The notes beneath the pieces are model-generated. The model saw only the letters and a list, made by a program, of their open reading frames with translations. It ran no database searches and was not told where the DNA came from. Below, one piece after another: positions 59,802 through 64,000 of a stretch of DNA of 64,000 bases. The stretch's first letter is position 1. Each line of letters opens with the position of its first letter. The position numbers were made by a program, and so were the translations under genes. Source of the stretch: Moheibacter lacus (lineage in GTDB: Bacteria > Bacteroidota > Bacteroidia > Flavobacteriales > Weeksellaceae); assembly GCA_040392505.1 (NCBI GenBank), contig JBEBVY010000002.1, forward strand, positions 21,129 to 85,128. Direction: 5' to 3'.

Positions 59802-61058
59802 ATGACAAAAGACGGAAAATTGGAGTTGATGGCACCGGCCGGAAATTTTGAATCTTTACAAGCTGCCTTGGATAACGGAGCGGATTCGGTTTATTTCGGG
59901 GTGGAACAATTGAACATGCGTGCGCGTGCTTCGATCAATTTCACGATGGACGACCTTCCGGAAATTTCCAAACGTTGTAAAAAATTGGGCGTGAGAACTT
60001 ATCTTACACTGAATACCATAATTTATGACCACGATCTTTCTGTCATCAAAACCCTGATTGACAAAGCAAAAGCAGCTGACATAACCGCGGTTATTGCGAT
60101 GGATCAGGCGGTAATCGCTTATGCAAGACAGGTAGGGATGGAAATTCATATTTCCACGCAAATCAACGTGACCAACATCGAAACGGTTCGTTTTTATGCA
60201 ATGTTTGCCGACACGGTTGTATTGAGCCGTGAGTTGAGTTTGAGCCAGGTGAAAAAGATTACCGAACAAATCAAGAAAGAAAACATCTGCGGACCTTCCG
60301 GAAATTTGGTGGAAATCGAAATTTTCGGTCATGGCGCACTTTGTATGGCGGTTTCAGGCAAATGCTATTTGAGCTTGCATTCCAGTAATTCATCGGCCAA
60401 CCGCGGTGCCTGCAAACAAAATTGCCGTAAAAAATATACCGTAATCGATCAGGAAACAGGATTTGAAATTGAATTGGACAACGAATACATGATGTCACCA
60501 AAAGACCTTTGTACCATTGATTTTCTGGATGAAATCGTCGATGCTGGCATCAAAGTCCTCAAAATCGAAGGACGCGGACGTGCGCCGGAATATGTGGCAA
60601 CGGTGATTCAATGTTATCGCCAGGCAATTGATGCGATAGCCGACGGAACTTTCTCCAAAGAAAAATCCGATTATTGGATGACTTTGCTTCAAACCGTTTA
60701 CAACAGAGGTTTCTGGAGCGGTTATTATTTGGGACAAAAATTGGGCGAATGGTCTCCTGCCAACGGTTCGATGGCAACCCAGAAAAAAGTTTACATAGGA
60801 AAAGGAAAACATTTTTATCCCAAAACAAACATTGGCCAGTTTCAAATCGAAGCCTATGATTTAAAAGTCGGGGACAAAATTTTGATTACAGGACCGACTA
60901 CAGGTGCAAAAGAAACAACGGTTTCCTCGATGATGGTGGAAGATGCTATTTCTGAAACGGCAAAGAAAGGTGACAATATCACATTTCCGGTTGATTTCAG
61001 AATTCGTCCTTCTGATAAATTATATAAATTGGTCAAAACCGAATTTGCCGAAGCATAA
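59802..61058 (+). CDS. Peptidase U32 family protein (TrhP-like Fe-S hydroxylation factor)
   Basis: ELMAPAG, HISTQ, LSREL, HGALCMAVSGKC...NRGACKQNCR, LKIEGRGR. Confidence 0.88.
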   Translation: MTKDGKLELMAPAGNFESLQAALDNGADSVYFGVEQLNMRARASINFTMDDLPEISKRCKKLGVRTYLTLNTIIYDHDLSVIKTLIDKAKAADITAVIAMDQAVIAYARQVGMEIHISTQINVTNIETVRFYAMFADTVVLSRELSLSQVKKITEQIKKENICGPSGNLVEIEIFGHGALCMAVSGKCYLSLHSSNSSANRGACKQNCRKKYTVIDQETGFEIELDNEYMMSPKDLCTIDFLDEIVDAGIKVLKIEGRGRAPEYVATVIQCYRQAIDAIADGTFSKEKSDYWMTLLQTVYNRGFWSGYYLGQKLGEWSPANGSMATQKKVYIGKGKHFYPKTNIGQFQIEAYDLKVGDKILITGPTTGAKETTVSSMMVEDAISETAKKGDNITFPVDFRIRPSDKLYKLVKTEFAEA

Positions 61059-61066
61059 TGATACTT

Positions 61067-61128
61067 AAAGTTCAGAGTTTTAAGTTAAATTCAAATTGAC
61101 TTGAAACCTTAAACCTTAAACTTGAAAC
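61067..61128. repeat. Opposed heptamer arrays (imperfect hairpin)
   Basis: AAAGTTC AGAGTTT TAAGTTA ... ACTTGAA ACCTTAA ACCTTAA ACTTGAA; the arms are roughly complementary. Confidence 0.6.
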
Positions 61129-61137
61129 GAATTCATT

Positions 61138-61368
61138 ATGGTCATAATTACCTTACAGAGAGACAAATGCATCGGATGTAATTATTGTGCGGAATTGGCT
61201 CCCGAGAAATTCCGGATGTCCAAAAAAGACGGTAAATCGGTTTTGCTGAAATCAACGGAAAAAAAAGGGTTTTTTACGTTAAAAGATCCGGATCATACTA
61301 TATTTGAGGATTGCGAACGAGCGGCAAAAGCCTGTCCGGTGAACATCATTTCAGTGAAGGAAACATGA
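61138..61368 (+). CDS. Ferredoxin (single-cluster)
   Basis: CIGCNYC...ACPVNII. Confidence 0.9.
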   Translation: MVIITLQRDKCIGCNYCAELAPEKFRMSKKDGKSVLLKSTEKKGFFTLKDPDHTIFEDCERAAKACPVNIISVKET

Positions 61369-61955
61369 CCAAATCCGAACTTCGAAAGATTTACAAAAAC
61401 AAAAGGTTTCAGCTTTTTCAGTCTGAAATACAACAACTTAGTTTCAAAATATTGGAGAATCTGAAGCAAATGGATATTTGGGATTTTTCCGTTTATCATA
61501 TTTTTATTCCGATTGAACAGAACCACGAAATCAATACTTTTCCAATTATCGAAGATTTATTTTGGCAAAACAAAAGAGTAGTCGTGCCAAAAGTAAAGGG
61601 TTTGGATTTAATCAATTGTGAAATTCAAAAAGAAGTGGAATTTGAAAGTGGGCCGTTTAATGTTTTAGAGCCAAAAGAGTTTCAATCGGTTGATAATCAG
61701 GAAATTGAATTGGTTTTTATGCCGATGATGGTTTGTGACAAAGCAGGAAATCGAATTGGTTACGGCGGCGGATTTTATGATCGTTGGCTGAACCAAATTG
61801 AGAAAAAACCACTCAAAATAGGGTTGAATTTTTTTCCGCCAATCGACCATATTCAAGACAGAAATAAATGGGATGTCCGTCTGGATTATTCCGTTACCCC
61901 GGATGAAATCGTATCTTTTATTGATTCAGAGACATCATTGAGTCCGGAGAAATAA
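61365..61955 (+). CDS. 5-formyltetrahydrofolate cyclo-ligase
   Basis: KSELRK, EINT, VVVPKV, GNRIGYGGGFYDR, WDVRLD..VTP; ATGA overlap with the ferredoxin stop. Confidence 0.92.
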   Translation: MTKSELRKIYKNKRFQLFQSEIQQLSFKILENLKQMDIWDFSVYHIFIPIEQNHEINTFPIIEDLFWQNKRVVVPKVKGLDLINCEIQKEVEFESGPFNVLEPKEFQSVDNQEIELVFMPMMVCDKAGNRIGYGGGFYDRWLNQIEKKPLKIGLNFFPPIDHIQDRNKWDVRLDYSVTPDEIVSFIDSETSLSPEK

Positions 61956-62479
61956 AAAATGAATTCGTGTTTAAATTTCTTGGGTTCTTTTTTCAGAATA
62001 TAGGTTGCGGATTTGGGTTTTGTACTGATCAATTTTTTGTCTTTTGAAAAATAATTGACATCAAAATTTACTATTTTGAGAGAATCAGGTCGTATGGAAT
62101 CCTGTTCAGATAAATTTAATTCTCCTATTTCTATATAAAAAACCTGAAGTGAATCCAGCTCATTTAAAATTTGAGCAGGTGTAATGGTGTCATTTTCAAG
62201 AAAATAACTTTTTATTTGAGGATATAAAATCTCCTGAAGTATGCTGTCTGCCGAATTGGAAGAATACAAAGAGGAAAGTTCGTAAAGCTCAGTCAATTTC
62301 TGTTTGGTGATAAAATTGATGGAAGCAATGGAATCCATTTTTGAAACGGGAGATGAATGGTTCCGATAGGTTTTGATTACTTCAGGATCGTGTTTTCCCT
62401 GAAAAGTCGTCTCGTTTTTACATGACCAAACGACAAAAATAAATCCTAACGCCAACTGTATGAATGATTTAATTTTCAT
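61886..62479 (-). CDS. Hypothetical lipoprotein
   Basis: ATG at 62479, lipobox VVWSC; overlaps the upstream gene's stop by 11 bp. Confidence 0.65.
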   Translation of the reverse strand: MKIKSFIQLALGFIFVVWSCKNETTFQGKHDPEVIKTYRNHSSPVSKMDSIASINFITKQKLTELYELSSLYSSNSADSILQEILYPQIKSYFLENDTITPAQILNELDSLQVFYIEIGELNLSEQDSIRPDSLKIVNFDVNYFSKDKKLISTKPKSATYILKKEPKKFKHEFIFYFSGLNDVSESIKDTISSGVTE

Positions 62480-63506
62480 CTGAGTGGATTTTAAATTTGA
62501 TTTTAACAATTTTTCCGTTTTTCCTTTCCGCTTCGATCAGCGTAAAGTTTTTTAACGAACTTGTAGGCAGGGAGACTAAATTGATGTATTGTTTTTTACT
62601 CAATACTTCTACTCCAAAGTATTCATTATCATATACTTGATAAATTAAAGCGTCATTTGCAATCATTTCATCGAGCATTTTTATCCGCTCTTTTACACTT
62701 TGGGAGGATTTGGAATAGTGACGAAGCATTACTTTATAATCGTCGGGCTCCAATCGTATGGTCTCCATTCCCCTGTATTCATGCAAATTTAATTTAAAGG
62801 TGTCTTGTTTATAATAGGTCGAATTGATGGCCATGAGCAAAGTGTCTTCTGAAGAAGAAAATTCCACACAGCCCTTTTCTGTAAACAATTCCAAGGGAGT
62901 AAAACCTTTTCTTGCAATGGTTATTTCTATGGGTTCCGTTATGGCCGAATTTCGGTCTGCATCCACAAAACAAAATTCATAGGTCTTTTGGTAAATAAGA
63001 CCAAAATACACTCCGCAAGCAACCAAAACCAATCCTACGACCGTCAATAAAACATACCAAAATGCGCCCGATCGTTTTTTCGGTTCTGCTTTCCGCCCTA
63101 ATTGTTCCTGTCGGGAGGAGTGTAGATCTTTCATTTTGGCGTCTGACGCCGGGATTTCTGGTTGTTCTTCCGAAAAAGATTCGAGAGTCGGATTTTCAAA
63201 AGACTTTTGTTGGGTACGTAAAAATTCGGACCAGCCGGAATATCCCGCATATTGGGTCAAAAGGTTTAACATATCGATTCTCGGTAACTTTTTAAAGTCC
63301 GATTTAAAATAAGTATAAAACCATTTTTCACTGACGGTCGATCTGGTTTTGGAAAAAACATCTTCCTGAAAATTCACGATGTCCTGTCCTTTCCACTCCG
63401 AAATGTCGGGTGATGATGCAGAATTTGATTCAAAAAAACGTTTGGATACATCTTTTTTTAGCAAATCAAACAATTCTATTTCAGAAATTTTATCCAAAAA
63501 AATCAA
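62469..63506 (-). CDS. Bitopic membrane protein with helical HTH-like N-domain (putative membrane-anchored regulator)
   Basis: N-domain ...SEKWFYTYFK...LPRIDMLNLLTQYAGYSGWSEF, charged linker, KKR followed by a single TM, C-domain with two Cys. Confidence 0.6.
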   Translation of the reverse strand: MIFLDKISEIELFDLLKKDVSKRFFESNSASSPDISEWKGQDIVNFQEDVFSKTRSTVSEKWFYTYFKSDFKKLPRIDMLNLLTQYAGYSGWSEFLRTQQKSFENPTLESFSEEQPEIPASDAKMKDLHSSRQEQLGRKAEPKKRSGAFWYVLLTVVGLVLVACGVYFGLIYQKTYEFCFVDADRNSAITEPIEITIARKGFTPLELFTEKGCVEFSSSEDTLLMAINSTYYKQDTFKLNLHEYRGMETIRLEPDDYKVMLRHYSKSSQSVKERIKMLDEMIANDALIYQVYDNEYFGVEVLSKKQYINLVSLPTSSLKNFTLIEAERKNGKIVKIKFKIHSDEN

Positions 63507-63526
63507 TTTAACAGTTTGGTTAACAG

Positions 63527-63566
63527 CGTTTTGTAAATTGTAAAACGATTTACAAAACGATTACAA
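63527..63566. promoter_or_regulatory. Operator-like inverted/direct repeat cluster
   Basis: CGTTTTGTAAAT (63527-63538) and ATTTACAAAACG (63548-63559) form a perfect 12-bp inverted repeat; four TTGTAA/TTACAA half-sites. Confidence 0.6.
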
Positions 63567-63599
63567 CGCATTTTCTGAACCGAAAGCACAAAGCTAATG

Positions 63600-63607
63600 T
63601 ACTTTTG
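63600..63607 (+). promoter_or_regulatory. Bacteroidota sigma-A -7 element
   Basis: TACTTTTG matches TAnnTTTG upstream of ATG 63641. Similar elements at 49276, 53801 and 59776 (+) and at 7590 and 13360 (-). Confidence 0.6.
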
Positions 63608-63640
63608 GAACAAATAAAAACCATTAAAAAATTATTAGTT

Positions 63641-63943
63641 ATGAAAAAAGTATTTGTAAAAGGATTCGCTTTGTTGGCTGTAGTTGCTTTGTCTTTCACT
63701 AGCATCGCATGTGAGCAAAAAACAACTGAAGAAAATGTAGAAGCTGCTGCTGAAGAAGCTACTGAAGCTGCTGACGCTGCTGCTGACGCTGCTGGAGAAG
63801 CTGTTGACGCTGCTGCTACTGCTACTGAAGCTGCTGCTGCTGAAGGAGTTGAAGCTGCTGCTGAAGGAGTTGAAGCTGCTGCTGACGCTACACAAGATGC
63901 TGCTGCTGAAGTAAAAGACGCTGCTGCTGAAGCTACTAAATAA
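63641..63943 (+). CDS. Ala/Glu-rich low-complexity lipoprotein
   Basis: MKK signal, lipobox SIAC, strongly biased GCT/GAA codons, own terminator. Confidence 0.8.
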   Translation: MKKVFVKGFALLAVVALSFTSIACEQKTTEENVEAAAEEATEAADAAADAAGEAVDAAATATEAAAAEGVEAAAEGVEAAADATQDAAAEVKDAAAEATK

Positions 63944-63968
63944 TCCTTTTTAGTAAAGCAAAATAAAG

Positions 63969-63992
63969 AGCCCCGAATTTCGGGGCTTTTTT
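63969..63992 (+). terminator. Intrinsic terminator
   Basis: AGCCCCGAA-T-TTCGGGGCT-TTTTT. Confidence 0.88.
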
Positions 63993-64000
63993 GTTTTGTA

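Noticed and set aside
63635-63895. Ser/Phe-rich 86-aa ORF on the minus strand
   Set aside because: Antisense shadow of the GCT/GAA-rich lipoprotein gene.

Overview
Mostly core chromosomal DNA from an AT-rich Bacteroidota bacterium, probably Flavobacteriales. Support for this: PorZ, a T9SS C-terminal-domain protein, TAnnTTTG -7 promoters and a Flavo-1-like RNA. The window appears to start at the replication origin: the ~510-bp AT-rich gap between pgk and rpiB holds a cluster of DnaA boxes, and two canonical parS palindromes flank mnmG about 10-12 kb away. It contains about 55 CDS (pgk, rpiB, rnr, sufE, mnmG, ybeY, asd, recO, porZ, mutL, ribH, mlaEF, pdhB, hppA, an alpha-glucan phosphorylase and others) and one tRNA-Ala(GGC). 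No CRISPR array, rRNA, integrase or transposase was seen. The most interesting signals are: (1) a possible ToxRS/VtrAC-like membrane-anchored regulator plus lipoprotein, with a dense operator-like palindrome facing a divergent Ala/Glu-rich lipoprotein (61886-63943); (2) a membrane pyrophosphatase fused to an OmpA-like peptidoglycan-binding domain; (3) a 721-bp integrase-free toxin-antitoxin islet bracketed by a 75-bp duplication of a host gene's 3' end, next to a Flavo-1-like RNA; (4) a tight three-gene operon of an MMPL-acyltransferase-methyltransferase, an FAD oxidoreductase and a JmjC oxygenase. All product calls come from motif recognition by eye; no database searches were run.
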